The notes under the pieces are model-generated. The model saw nothing but the letters and a program-made list of their open reading frames with translations, ran no database searches and was not told the origin of the DNA. This document shows, piece after piece, positions 18,018-26,650 of a stretch of 41,316 nucleotides of DNA (the first letter of the stretch is position 1; the number at the start of each line of letters is the position of its first letter). Source of the DNA: Clostridia bacterium (lineage in GTDB: Bacteria; Bacillota; Clostridia; Christensenellales; CAG-1252); contig JAFTOZ010000064.1 of assembly GCA_017463565.1 (NCBI GenBank), positions 1 to 41,316 of the forward strand, written 5' to 3'. Both the position numbers and the translations under genes were made by a program.

Positions 18018-19101
18018 TATTGCGTTCCCAGGTGATTTCTTCAAGCGGCCATACCTGACCGTACCGTTTATAGAGTCTGCCTTGCAGACTGAAAATATCT
18101 ACGTTATCCTTGCGGCATTCCTCCTCGGTTTGCCGCATTTGTTTATCGATTGCATCGGCAACCAGACGTTGCACGTATTCTGCGTCCGGGTTGGCATCGG
18201 ATAGCGTTTGTTCGATCACACGGACCGAATAGTAATAATTGCCTACCACGTGCGCAGGCGCATACGCGCGAACCCGTCTGACCTTGCTGATCGCTACCGT
18301 GACGTAGCCACCCTTGTCGTCGTATGCCGTCACCTGTCCACCCTTTGCCTCGAGCAAACCAACCGCACGGGTTACCTCTTTTCCGTAGACGTGGGGATTG
18401 CCGTCTTGGTCAAAAGCCACCGTGTTATCCAAATCGTACAAGAAAACGTTGTCCGTTTGCCCTTGCGTTTGTCCGGTAGGGGGCTCTGCACGTACTGCAA
18501 TGGCATAGGGAAGATATTTCGTGCCGCTTTTGCCGTCCAGTTTGGCGCAGTAGTCCTTGATCGTGACTAACTTTCTGCCGCCTATCTGCGAAACGAGCAC
18601 GTTATCCTCTGCCATATAGGCGCTGGACGTGGTGAGAATAGGCACCTTGGACGTAATGGTCTTTTTCGCCTCGCCCTGCGTGGCAACGACTTGTACGTCC
18701 CCCGAAAGGAGATTGCCTGTCAGTAGACTTTTCATCACCCCGTCCAATCCGTTTTTCGTCAGCTCCTCTCCTACAAAAAGCACTTTGCAATGGGCGTACG
18801 CAGGGTATAAGCTGGATTGAGCCTTGATGTGGTCAAAAGCCCCCATCAGCGTTTTTCCTTTGCCGACGATCACTTGGTATGCAGGCCCCGATTGGGGCGT
18901 GTTGACCGAACTGGCCTCTACTAACTGGGCGCATACTACGTAGTCCTGTTCATCCCGATCTACGCTCACACCCAACACGATCCCAAGCTTGGTCAGTTGT
19001 AACCGCTCAATCAGACTGTTTCCCTCCAGAAGTGCTGCCACCAAGGCACACGCCAGAACAACCGCGATCAATATTTTGCGCCAATGCTTTTTACCCTTCA
19101 T
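17998..19101 (-). CDS. gerAC: Spore germination receptor C subunit, Ger(x)C family
   Basis: IVLGVSVD and HCKVLFVGEEL motifs. Third gene of the ger operon. Start moved to MKGKKH behind AAGGAG. Confidence 0.75.
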   Translation of the reverse strand: MKGKKHWRKILIAVVLACALVAALLEGNSLIERLQLTKLGIVLGVSVDRDEQDYVVCAQLVEASSVNTPQSGPAYQVIVGKGKTLMGAFDHIKAQSSLYPAYAHCKVLFVGEELTKNGLDGVMKSLLTGNLLSGDVQVVATQGEAKKTITSKVPILTTSSAYMAEDNVLVSQIGGRKLVTIKDYCAKLDGKSGTKYLPYAIAVRAEPPTGQTQGQTDNVFLYDLDNTVAFDQDGNPHVYGKEVTRAVGLLEAKGGQVTAYDDKGGYVTVAISKVRRVRAYAPAHVVGNYYYSVRVIEQTLSDANPDAEYVQRLVADAIDKQMRQTEEECRKDNVDIFSLQGRLYKRYGQVWPLEEITWERNISVQCL

Positions 19102-20212
19102 TATTATTCTCCTTTTGGGTCGTAGACGGTGCTTTTCCACGACGTTTTGCCGCTGCCACCGCCGTCAGGATACACACGACTAGCAGTACGCACCAAATGA
19201 TGGTACTGACCGCCGTACTTTCCACAAGGCGCAGCACACCGTCCTTGTTGTAGAAAAGGGCTGCGTACAACCCCACCGCCAGGGCAGCGCAACCAATGAC
19301 TGCGCCCTCTCCCTTGTGTTTGTGTTGACCGCAAACCTGCCTTGCCCCCTCGCAGGCGGCGTAGAAAAACAAGCCCAACACAGGCGGTACCATCAATAGC
19401 CATACCAACATCAAAGGCCAATCCACCGCGCCAATCACCTCGGGAGCACCGTTGACCAGCATTCGCGCAAAGGCATATTGGATATATTGTCCTGCCGAGC
19501 CGTAGGTGTAGAGAAAATCGATATAGAACAGTACGATGGAAAGGACTGCCGCCACCGTGCCGATAACGGGCCACAGCCACCGCCTTTTTGCTCGCATATT
19601 TTCCCTGGTGTCAGCAAATACGAACAGTACGCCGTCACCCATCCAAAGCGCACTCCTGAGGAAGCCTTTGCCAAAAGAAAAGGGATGGAAAAGCGCAAAC
19701 AAATTGTAGGTTTCGCCTGCAGGCTCCAAAAAGACAAGGCTAACGGCCACCAACGCAAGGGACAAAAAACCAAAGATCAAGGCTGTCCTGCCGATACCGG
19801 CAAAGCCTTTTACGGCAAGTAGCGAAGCCATCACGATCCCCACTGCTACCAACACCCATACGGTGGCTTGGTTGAATAGGTTGTCCATACAATAGCCAAC
19901 GATATCCTGGGTATAGAAAACCCCTTTAAATAGGCAAAATAGCCCCAACAGGCCCCCTAGAATGCGCTTTGCAATCGGGTGCAGGGGAAGAGCGCCAAGA
20001 CCCCCCATTCGTGCCGTCCATAGGCTGGCAGCAAGTACCGCAAGGTCTACGGCAATGCCCACCAGCACAACCCACAGACCGCCTGCACCTGCTGCCTCTG
20101 CCAGTACGGAGGGGAGTCGGTTGATACGGAAAGTAGTCAGCAGCATAAAGGCACAAATGGCAACCTCCGCACGGGTCATTCGATTTTGGTGATCGAGGAA
20201 GCGACTGCTCAT
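19091..20212 (-). CDS. gerAB: Spore germination receptor B subunit (GerAB/APC-fold membrane protein)
   Basis: About 10 hydrophobic segments and LPSVLAEAAG motif. Lies between the A and C subunits. Start MSSRF behind GGAGG. Confidence 0.75.
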   Translation of the reverse strand: MSSRFLDHQNRMTRAEVAICAFMLLTTFRINRLPSVLAEAAGAGGLWVVLVGIAVDLAVLAASLWTARMGGLGALPLHPIAKRILGGLLGLFCLFKGVFYTQDIVGYCMDNLFNQATVWVLVAVGIVMASLLAVKGFAGIGRTALIFGFLSLALVAVSLVFLEPAGETYNLFALFHPFSFGKGFLRSALWMGDGVLFVFADTRENMRAKRRWLWPVIGTVAAVLSIVLFYIDFLYTYGSAGQYIQYAFARMLVNGAPEVIGAVDWPLMLVWLLMVPPVLGLFFYAACEGARQVCGQHKHKGEGAVIGCAALAVGLYAALFYNKDGVLRLVESTAVSTIIWCVLLVVCILTAVAAAKRRGKAPSTTQKENNNEG

Positions 20213-20213
20213 A

Positions 20214-21647
20214 CTATTTCCCTCCCTTTTTGAAACGGCGGCGATTTTTATTGGGTAGGCTGTACGGCCTCTCTTCCATATCCTCAATCGGCGCTTTGAT
20301 CAAACTATCCTTCAAATCTCCCGCTACCAAAGGGGCAATAGGCGCCACGTAGTCGGTGCCGTAGTTGGTCATAGTTACGGTGTAGCAGACAAACACGCTT
20401 ACTGCCGTAATCACACCCACGAGTCCCAAAAGGCTGGCAAACAGTAGAAAAACAAGCCGCATAATACTGAAAGGACCTGCATTATTGGGAGTCGTATACA
20501 TACCGATGGCAGATAGCGCCATCACCAACACCGCCGGCGAAGAAAGCAATCCTGCGTTGACTGCCGTTTCTCCCAGTACGATGGCGCCCACGATAGACAG
20601 GGCCATACCCACGTATTTGGGCATACGCACGCTTGCTTCGTTCAACACCTCAAATAGCAATAGAACCACGAACATTTCGGTGGTGGGATTGAAAGGCACG
20701 CCGTTAGTGGCCTTAATGACGGTAATTAAAAACTTGAGCGGCAACAGTTGGTAGTGATATTCCTGCATGGCCACGTACAGAGCAGGAAGCAGCACCGACA
20801 TCGCCACGCAAATCAGGCGCACCATACGCAATAGGGTGGTACGCTTGCTCTTGCGATAGTAGTCCTCACTATCTTGGAATCCCTCGATAAACAGGCAGGG
20901 GAAGGTGAGCACCATGGGGGAGCCGTCTACGATGACTGCCACACGCCCCTCCAGTAGCTTTGCCGCCACGATATCGGGTTTTTCTTGCGAGCCGTATTGG
21001 GTGAACAGGCTATGGGGATTGTCCTCTATGAGTTGGCCGACGTAGGAGCTGTCCAATACCGCATCAATGTCGATAGCCTCTATGCGCCGTGTGATTTCGT
21101 CCACCACGCGCTCGTCTGCAACCGTAGATAGCCAACAGATCGCCACCCTCGTGTGGGAGAGCCTGCCTACCTTTCGCTCGCGGATAATCAAGGAGCGGTC
21201 ACGCAGTCTACGGCGCAACAGAGTGGTGTTTTGTGCCAAATCCTCTACGAATCCCTCTCGCGGACCTTTGAGTACGGTGGCGGTCGGCGGTTCCATAATG
21301 GCACGCTTGGGATATTTGGCCAAATTGACCTCGAAGAAAAGGTCGGGCTCTACGAACAGAAGGATATTGCCCTCGGCAATTGAGGTCTGTGCTTCATCGA
21401 AATTCTCTACCCGATTGAACTGTGCCGAGGAATAGGTGATACGGTTGAGCGTTCTTTCGTCTACCACAGGATCTTCCCGCCCGACGAGAGGTTGCATAAT
21501 GCCCTGCTCCAACAGCACGCGGTCACTCATACCGTCTACAAAAGCATACAGCGCACACCGACCGCAAACGGTAGACTCCACGATTGCCAGGTCAAGACTA
21601 TCTCCAAACCCCTCGGAAAGGGCCTTTTTTGCTTGGTCTACATTCAT
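20214..21647 (-). CDS. gerAA: Spore germination receptor A subunit (GerA family)
   Basis: RAIMEPPTATVLKGPREGFVE, EKPD..AAKLLEGRVAVIVDGSP, EASVRMP and IVGAIVLGETAVNAGL motifs. Confidence 0.95.
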   Translation of the reverse strand: MNVDQAKKALSEGFGDSLDLAIVESTVCGRCALYAFVDGMSDRVLLEQGIMQPLVGREDPVVDERTLNRITYSSAQFNRVENFDEAQTSIAEGNILLFVEPDLFFEVNLAKYPKRAIMEPPTATVLKGPREGFVEDLAQNTTLLRRRLRDRSLIIRERKVGRLSHTRVAICWLSTVADERVVDEITRRIEAIDIDAVLDSSYVGQLIEDNPHSLFTQYGSQEKPDIVAAKLLEGRVAVIVDGSPMVLTFPCLFIEGFQDSEDYYRKSKRTTLLRMVRLICVAMSVLLPALYVAMQEYHYQLLPLKFLITVIKATNGVPFNPTTEMFVVLLLFEVLNEASVRMPKYVGMALSIVGAIVLGETAVNAGLLSSPAVLVMALSAIGMYTTPNNAGPFSIMRLVFLLFASLLGLVGVITAVSVFVCYTVTMTNYGTDYVAPIAPLVAGDLKDSLIKAPIEDMEERPYSLPNKNRRRFKKGGK

Positions 21648-21652
21648 GTCGG

Positions 21653-21681
21653 TAGTATGCCAAAAGGGGTGCCGATTATGC
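21653..21681 (-). promoter_or_regulatory. Sigma-G-type forespore promoter of the ger operon
   Basis: Minus strand GCATA-N17-CATACTA, matching the Bacillus sigma-G consensus. It ends 5 nt before the ATG. Confidence 0.7.
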
Positions 21682-21698
21682 CTTTTCCTATTTGGTCG

Positions 21699-21727
21699 TT
21701 GACGAAACCGCGGCGGTCTGCTATACT
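21699..21727 (+). promoter_or_regulatory. Sigma-A promoter of the cyclophilin gene
   Basis: TTGACG-N17-TATACT with extended TG. The ATG follows 6 nt later and there is no SD. Confidence 0.7.
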
Positions 21728-21733
21728 GGACCT

Positions 21734-22369
21734 ATGAAAAAGATCCTCGTTTTATTGTCTGTATTTGTATTATTGCTTTGTGGCACCCTGGTTGCTTGCT
21801 CCGAGCCAAACGGTTCGGGCGGCGGTACGGAAGATGGCAATCCCGTGGTTGTCTTTACTCTGAGTACCGGTGATACCATCAGAATGGAGCTATATCCTGA
21901 CGTTGCGCCCAAGAGTGTGGAGAATTTTTTGGTCTACGTGAGAGAGGGCTACTACGTTGGCGTTGTGTTCCACCGCATTATCAACGGCTTTATGGTGCAA
22001 ACGGGCGGATATACCTACCGGGACGGTTTCCTGCAAGAAAAGGCAGGCTTGCACGATCCTATCGTGGGTGAATTTGCTTCCAACGGCTATACCAACGATT
22101 TGTTGCATACGGCAGGTGTCGTATCGATGGCACGTAGCACCCTGCCTAACTCTGCTACTGCTCAGTTCTTCATCGTAGCGGAAACGAGTCCTCACCTCGA
22201 CGGTGACTACGCAGCCTTTGGTCGGGTGGACGAGGCCTCTCTTGCCGTGGTGCAACGCTTGCAACAAGTTGCTACGGGTCGAGGCTACCTTGCGTTGGGT
22301 GGCTATTTGTATCCTATGAGCGACGTACCCATCGAGCCTATCACAATCCTTTCTTGCGAATTGCAATAG
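21734..22369 (+). CDS. Cyclophilin-type peptidyl-prolyl cis-trans isomerase, lipoprotein
   Basis: ELYPDVAPKSVENF, FHRIINGFMVQTGG, SMAR..PNSATAQFFI and HLDGDYAAFG motifs. Lipobox LVAC. Confidence 0.92.
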   Translation: MKKILVLLSVFVLLLCGTLVACSEPNGSGGGTEDGNPVVVFTLSTGDTIRMELYPDVAPKSVENFLVYVREGYYVGVVFHRIINGFMVQTGGYTYRDGFLQEKAGLHDPIVGEFASNGYTNDLLHTAGVVSMARSTLPNSATAQFFIVAETSPHLDGDYAAFGRVDEASLAVVQRLQQVATGRGYLALGGYLYPMSDVPIEPITILSCELQ

Positions 22370-22431
22370 CGGACGTGTAGGCAAAGAGGGGAGCAACCCC
22401 GAAATTATTACCGCAAGTTTTTATGACAAAG

Positions 22432-22463
22432 AAAAAAGCGCACCCACGTGGAGTGCGCTTTTT
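22432..22463. terminator. Bidirectional intrinsic terminator
   Basis: AAAAAAGCGCAC-N9-GTGCGCTTTTT between the convergent cyclophilin gene and metQ. Confidence 0.8.
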
Positions 22464-22476
22464 CTTCTAGTTGGAT

Positions 22477-23289
22477 TTATTTATCGAGGGAAAATACAGG
22501 CAGAACGGCACCGCTATAGGTTTCTACAATATAATCGTAGACGGCCTTGCTTTGCAGGACGGATACGAGAGCCTGGATCTTGGGATCGTTCTCGTGGCCT
22601 TTTTTGACTGCAATCAGGTTGGCGTAGGTTTGTGCACTATCACTGTCTGCGCTTTCGCGTGCGATAGATTCATCGAGGTTCAAGCCTGCCTCCAGGGCGT
22701 AGTTGCCGTTGATGACCGCCAACACACCGCCTTGCTTGTAGGTGGCTGCCAACATATCTGCTGCCATCAAGGTGATTTCGTTGCCGTTATCTTCGGCGAT
22801 ATCGTACTCGGTCAGACTATCGTTTGCGGTGGGGTTGCCTTTCAGCGTGATATAGCCTTCCGATGCCAACAACAGCAGCGCACGAGTCAGGTTGCTATCG
22901 TCCGAAGGAACGATGATGGTGTGGCCCGATTTGCCCTCTGCGGTGCCAAACAAGCTCATAGGCTCGTAGTGGATCTTAGCAACCGACACAAGCTGCGTGC
23001 CGTTCTTGCTGTTGAAGGAATTCAGATAGGGCTCGTGTTGGAAGTAGTTTGCGCTCAAACTGCCGTCCTCAAGGCTCACGTTGGGCAACACGTAGTCGTC
23101 GTATACGCGGATTTCCAAGGTATATCCCAACTTTGCCAACTCACCCTTGACTTGCTCCAAAATCTCTGCGTGGGGCACCGCGGTGGCGCCGATCACGATC
23201 GTGTACTCATCAATTTCTTGGCAACCGACTGCGCCGACAACCAGCGTCAACAGCACCAAAACAACCAACAAAGCAATCCATTTTTTCAT
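22477..23289 (-). CDS. metQ: Methionine ABC transporter substrate-binding lipoprotein (MetQ/NlpA)
   Basis: IGATAVPHAEIL, DYVLPN, ANYFQHEPYL and AVINGNYAL motifs. Lipobox AVGC. Confidence 0.92.
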   Translation of the reverse strand: MKKWIALLVVLVLLTLVVGAVGCQEIDEYTIVIGATAVPHAEILEQVKGELAKLGYTLEIRVYDDYVLPNVSLEDGSLSANYFQHEPYLNSFNSKNGTQLVSVAKIHYEPMSLFGTAEGKSGHTIIVPSDDSNLTRALLLLASEGYITLKGNPTANDSLTEYDIAEDNGNEITLMAADMLAATYKQGGVLAVINGNYALEAGLNLDESIARESADSDSAQTYANLIAVKKGHENDPKIQALVSVLQSKAVYDYIVETYSGAVLPVFSLDK

Positions 23290-24020
23290 AGTGTATTCTC
23301 CTTTTTGTTCTTTTTCTTTTTACCGATATGATGAATGCGTTTATCCGTGCGTTTTGCAATCAGCATTCCCAATTCTTGAATAACCTGCACGATCACCATA
23401 GAGAGCGCAAGCGCTACCCACATAACGTCTTTGTTTTGACGTTGGTGGCCGTTGATGATGGCAATTTTGCCCAAGCCACCGCCGCCGATGGTAGACGCCA
23501 TTGCCGAATAACCCAACACCGTCACCGCCGAAATCACCAGACCCACCAACAAGGCAGGCTTAGCCTCGGGCAACAGTACCTTGAAGATGATTTGGCTATT
23601 GCTTGCGCCAAGCGCACGTGCCGCCTCAATCACCCCTTTATTGACTTCCTTCAAAGAGGACTCGACCATACGTGCCACGTAGGGTGCCGCTGCAATGGTG
23701 AGCATAACGATCATCGGACCGTTGCCTACCGACTTGCCAAGAAGGAAGTTTGCCACGGGCAGTAGCGTTACCATAAGGATCACAAAGGGAATGGATCTCA
23801 GGATATTGACTACGATACCCAGCGTTTTGTTTACAACCAAGTTTTTGCAAAGACCGTTTTTGTCCGTCACCGTGAGAATCACACCCAAGGGGAGACCAAT
23901 CACGTATGCAAGCGCCAGAGAGAGCACCGTCATATAGACGGTTTCCCATATGGCCATCCACAGATCGCCGGAGGAGGACAGGTTTTGCAATTCTTTCGAT
24001 ACCAACAGTAAGTTTTCCAT
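23286..24020 (-). CDS. metI: Methionine ABC transporter permease
   Basis: VNILRSIPFVILM, EAARALGAS (EAA loop) and YSAMASTIGGGGLG motifs. Confidence 0.92.
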   Translation of the reverse strand: MENLLLVSKELQNLSSSGDLWMAIWETVYMTVLSLALAYVIGLPLGVILTVTDKNGLCKNLVVNKTLGIVVNILRSIPFVILMVTLLPVANFLLGKSVGNGPMIVMLTIAAAPYVARMVESSLKEVNKGVIEAARALGASNSQIIFKVLLPEAKPALLVGLVISAVTVLGYSAMASTIGGGGLGKIAIINGHQRQNKDVMWVALALSMVIVQVIQELGMLIAKRTDKRIHHIGKKKKNKKENTL

Positions 24021-25012
24021 TATGCCCCCTTACGCACGTACGCAACGTGCTCCTCGTCCAAGTGGGCGCACACCTCTCGAATGGCGTCCTCGTTATCCTC
24101 TACCTCAATGACCATATGTCCGTACATTTTGCCGTCGATATCCTTCATGTCGGCGAATACGATACTGACGGGTGTTTTGATCTTCAAGATCAACTGGGAC
24201 ACAACGGGCATGAACGTCTTTTCGCCGTTGAACAACAGGCGCAAGCGCACGCGTCCTTCTACGGGATTTTCTCTTGCTTTTTCGGGCAGGATCAAGCTCT
24301 TTGCAATGCCCGAGGTGGGGTTGCAGAAGATCTCTGCCATTTCGCCTGCCTCTGCGATACGTGCGTGATCCAATACCGCCACCTTGTTGCAGATACTCTC
24401 TACCACCTTCATTTCGTGGGTGATAATCACGACGGTAACGCCCATGGTCTGGTTGATTTCCTTCAACAATTCCAGGATAGAAACGGTGGTACTTGGGTCG
24501 AGTGCACTGGTGGCCTCGTCACACAACAAATAACTGGGATTTGTGGCCAAAGCGCGTGCAATCGCGACTCTTTGTTGTTGTCCTCCCGACAGTTCGCTGG
24601 GGTAGGCGTTCTCTTTGTCTGCCAGTCCGACCGTCTTCAAAAGGGCGCGCGCACGTTCCACCCGCTCCTTTTTGCCTACCTTTGCCAACTCCAAGGGGAA
24701 GCAAACGTTGCCCAAAGCGGTGCGTTGCTCCAACAGGTTAAAGTGTTGGAAAATCATGCCGATACGGCTACGCATAGCGCGCACCTCTTTCATACTGATT
24801 TGGGTCAGGTCCTTTCCGTCCACGATCACGCTACCGTGAGTGGGGCGCTCCAACATATTGATACAGCGAATCAGGGTGCTTTTGCCTGCGCCCGACAAAC
24901 CGATGATGCCGTAGATATCGCCGTCCTCAATAGTCAAGCTCACCGAATCGAGTACGGTGATGGGTCCTTCCTTTGTGGGGAACTGTTTGGTTAGGTTTTG
25001 AATTTCAATCAT
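24020..25012 (-). CDS. metN: Methionine ABC transporter ATP-binding protein
   Basis: GLSGAGKST, LSGGQQQRVAIARAL, CDEATSALDP and a C-terminal NIL-like domain. Confidence 0.95.
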   Translation of the reverse strand: MIEIQNLTKQFPTKEGPITVLDSVSLTIEDGDIYGIIGLSGAGKSTLIRCINMLERPTHGSVIVDGKDLTQISMKEVRAMRSRIGMIFQHFNLLEQRTALGNVCFPLELAKVGKKERVERARALLKTVGLADKENAYPSELSGGQQQRVAIARALATNPSYLLCDEATSALDPSTTVSILELLKEINQTMGVTVVIITHEMKVVESICNKVAVLDHARIAEAGEMAEIFCNPTSGIAKSLILPEKARENPVEGRVRLRLLFNGEKTFMPVVSQLILKIKTPVSIVFADMKDIDGKMYGHMVIEVEDNEDAIREVCAHLDEEHVAYVRKGA

Positions 25013-25024
25013 ACGTCCTCATAG

Positions 25025-25054
25025 AAAACCCGAAGTCAACGTTGGCTTCGGGTC
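25025..25054 (-). terminator. Attenuator terminator 2 in the metN leader
   Basis: Minus strand GACCCGAAG-ccaacgttga-CTTCGGGTTTTCT, just upstream of the metN SD. Confidence 0.7.
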
Positions 25055-25066
25055 ATAGTTCATAAT

Positions 25067-25096
25067 AAAACCCGAAAGGCGATTGCTTTTCGGGTC
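25067..25096 (-). terminator. Attenuator terminator 1 in the metN leader
   Basis: Minus strand GACCCGAAAAGC-aatc-GCCTTTCGGGTTTTATT. Confidence 0.7.
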
Positions 25097-25138
25097 ATAT
25101 TTGCTGCTCTGGATTTTCTCACACCAAAACGCACGCAA

Positions 25139-25186
25139 CTATGACCTTGCGTGGTGCATTCGCATGATGAGAGTACTCCATTTCAT
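25139..25186 (-). CDS. Putative leader peptide of the met transporter operon, MKWSTLIMRMHHARS
   Basis: GAGG SD 6 nt before the ATG. 15 codons including three Met. Lies between a promoter and tandem terminators. Too short for the ORF track. Confidence 0.65.
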   Translation of the reverse strand: MKWSTLIMRMHHARS

Positions 25187-25213
25187 AGCAAACCTCGTAT
25201 CTTTGATAATCCC

Positions 25214-25243
25214 ATTATGCCATAGCGCAAAATGCCGTGTCAA
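25214..25243 (-). promoter_or_regulatory. Sigma-A promoter of the met leader/operon
   Basis: TTGACA-N18-CATAAT with extended TG. Confidence 0.7.
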
Positions 25244-25277
25244 ACGATTATCGAGTTTTTTCGATAAGTTTAGCAAA

Positions 25278-26171
25278 TTAAGCGAAAAGCCAGGCGCACA
25301 AATCCTCTAGCGCAGTCTGCGCCTCGGGCAATTGGTCGAAATAGATGGGGTAGTCGTGGAAGAGCCCCTCTCCAATGACCAAGGTCACGTCCTTGTGGAG
25401 TTCCTCCATCTTTTGGGCAAGTCGCGTACTGTCGGACAACAGTATCTCGTGCGAAGCCACCGACACGTAGGTAGGAGGAAGGATAGAGAGATCTCCCCAA
25501 AGGGGCGAGATTTCGCCCGAGCTGGGATCTCCCTCGCCTGCCACGGCAAACACGTTGGTAGCACGTGCGGCATCGGGAATGTCCAATCCGTTGAGGGGGT
25601 GTCTTCCCAAAACCACGTCCAGGTAGAAATTATCGTAGTAGGATTCGCCCGATGCGGTCAAATCCGTCCAAGGGCTCACGAGAGCCAATTTGTGGGGCAT
25701 AGGGTGGCCTTCTTTTGCCAACGTCTGCGCCAATTGCAGGGACAGGTGTCCACCGGACGAGTCTCCCACTAGGCGGACGGGACCCTCTTGCGCCAAGCGC
25801 AAATACAAACCCTTCACCTCGTTCAAAGCGGTGGGATATACCGAAGGCAACAGGGCATAGTCGGGCAGAGCCACCGTTGCGTGGCACAGCTTTGCTACCT
25901 GCTCCGCCACCCGACGGTAACGGTCGTTGACACCCGTATGGTAGCCGCCTCCGTGCAAAAACAACACCGTGCCGCGACTTTCCTCCACCAGTGGCGAAAA
26001 GAACTCCACCGGCAGACCGTCCAGGCAAACCGTGCGATAGCGCACCCCCTTGGGGGTGTAGGCCTGAGCCCGATCACTCGAGGCAGCCAGTCTGTCCAAC
26101 CAGCCCTGCCACGAGTCGGCACGCTTTCTTGCGGCCAGTCTTTTGATAGTACGCTTGGCCGCGCCCGTCAT
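25278..26171 (-). CDS. Alpha/beta hydrolase, HSL/acetyl-esterase family
   Basis: LFLHGGGY, VGDSSGG nucleophile elbow and GLFHDY. Confidence 0.9.
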   Translation of the reverse strand: MTGAAKRTIKRLAARKRADSWQGWLDRLAASSDRAQAYTPKGVRYRTVCLDGLPVEFFSPLVEESRGTVLFLHGGGYHTGVNDRYRRVAEQVAKLCHATVALPDYALLPSVYPTALNEVKGLYLRLAQEGPVRLVGDSSGGHLSLQLAQTLAKEGHPMPHKLALVSPWTDLTASGESYYDNFYLDVVLGRHPLNGLDIPDAARATNVFAVAGEGDPSSGEISPLWGDLSILPPTYVSVASHEILLSDSTRLAQKMEELHKDVTLVIGEGLFHDYPIYFDQLPEAQTALEDLCAWLFA

Positions 26172-26491
26172 TAGTCCATGCGCCAGTTGGGCACTTCGTC
26201 CACAACCACCAGACCCTTTTGAGCGACGATGGTGCGGTTAGCAACTTCCTCGCCCCAAATGCCCTTTTCCACAGCGCTCCAATCGGCGTCACGCAGGAAC
26301 TTATACTCGAAGCTTGCGCCTACGGGCAACATTTTCACGGCACACCAGCCCTTGTCGGTCAGGCGCATTTTGGTAGCGGACTTAGCAATCCACAGACCTG
26401 CATTACGCAGCTCGCCGCACAAGTACATTTGCTCAGCAGGGTGCTTGGTGGTGACGTAAAAAGTAACTCTACAACGTTTGATTTTTTCCAT
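26171..26491 (-). CDS. Stand-alone starch-binding CBM20-like protein
   Basis: VTFYV..YLCGE...GLW...FEYKF...EKG...ANR pattern. RBS GGAGG. Confidence 0.7.
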   Translation of the reverse strand: MEKIKRCRVTFYVTTKHPAEQMYLCGELRNAGLWIAKSATKMRLTDKGWCAVKMLPVGASFEYKFLRDADWSAVEKGIWGEEVANRTIVAQKGLVVVDEVPNWRMD

Positions 26492-26532
26492 AATTAACCT
26501 CCAAAATGGTAGTGAAATTTTCTACTTCCCTT

Positions 26533-26599
26533 ATTCTATCACGAGGTTTGCCCTCTCGTCAAATCATATCTTGACATTACCTACGTATTATGGTAAAAT
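26533..26599. promoter_or_regulatory. Back-to-back divergent sigma-A promoters
   Basis: Minus strand TTGACG-N18-TAGAAT (26562-26533). Plus strand TTGACA-N17-TAAAAT (26571-26599). Both have extended TG. Confidence 0.65.
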
Positions 26600-26650
26600 A
26601 TTCGTGCGATAGCGAACATATATTTATATATGTTTGGGCAAAGGAGATTT

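Noticed and set aside
21692-21733. Upstream extensions in the ORF track (21692, 19140, 20287, 30178, 31974, 37709, 38585, 38501, 40388)
   Set aside because: They run through promoters or neighbouring genes. Downstream ATGs fit the SD/promoter positions and the family N-termini better.
25025-25100. CRISPR or REP interpretation of the duplicated hairpins
   Set aside because: Only two copies, no spacer array and no cas genes. The U-tracts and position fit attenuator terminators.
25013-25210. S-box or T-box riboswitch upstream of metN
   Set aside because: No TTATC-AGAG...GGCAACC...GTGC S-box core and no GGTGGTACCGCG T-box sequence seen by eye. An Rfam scan is still needed.
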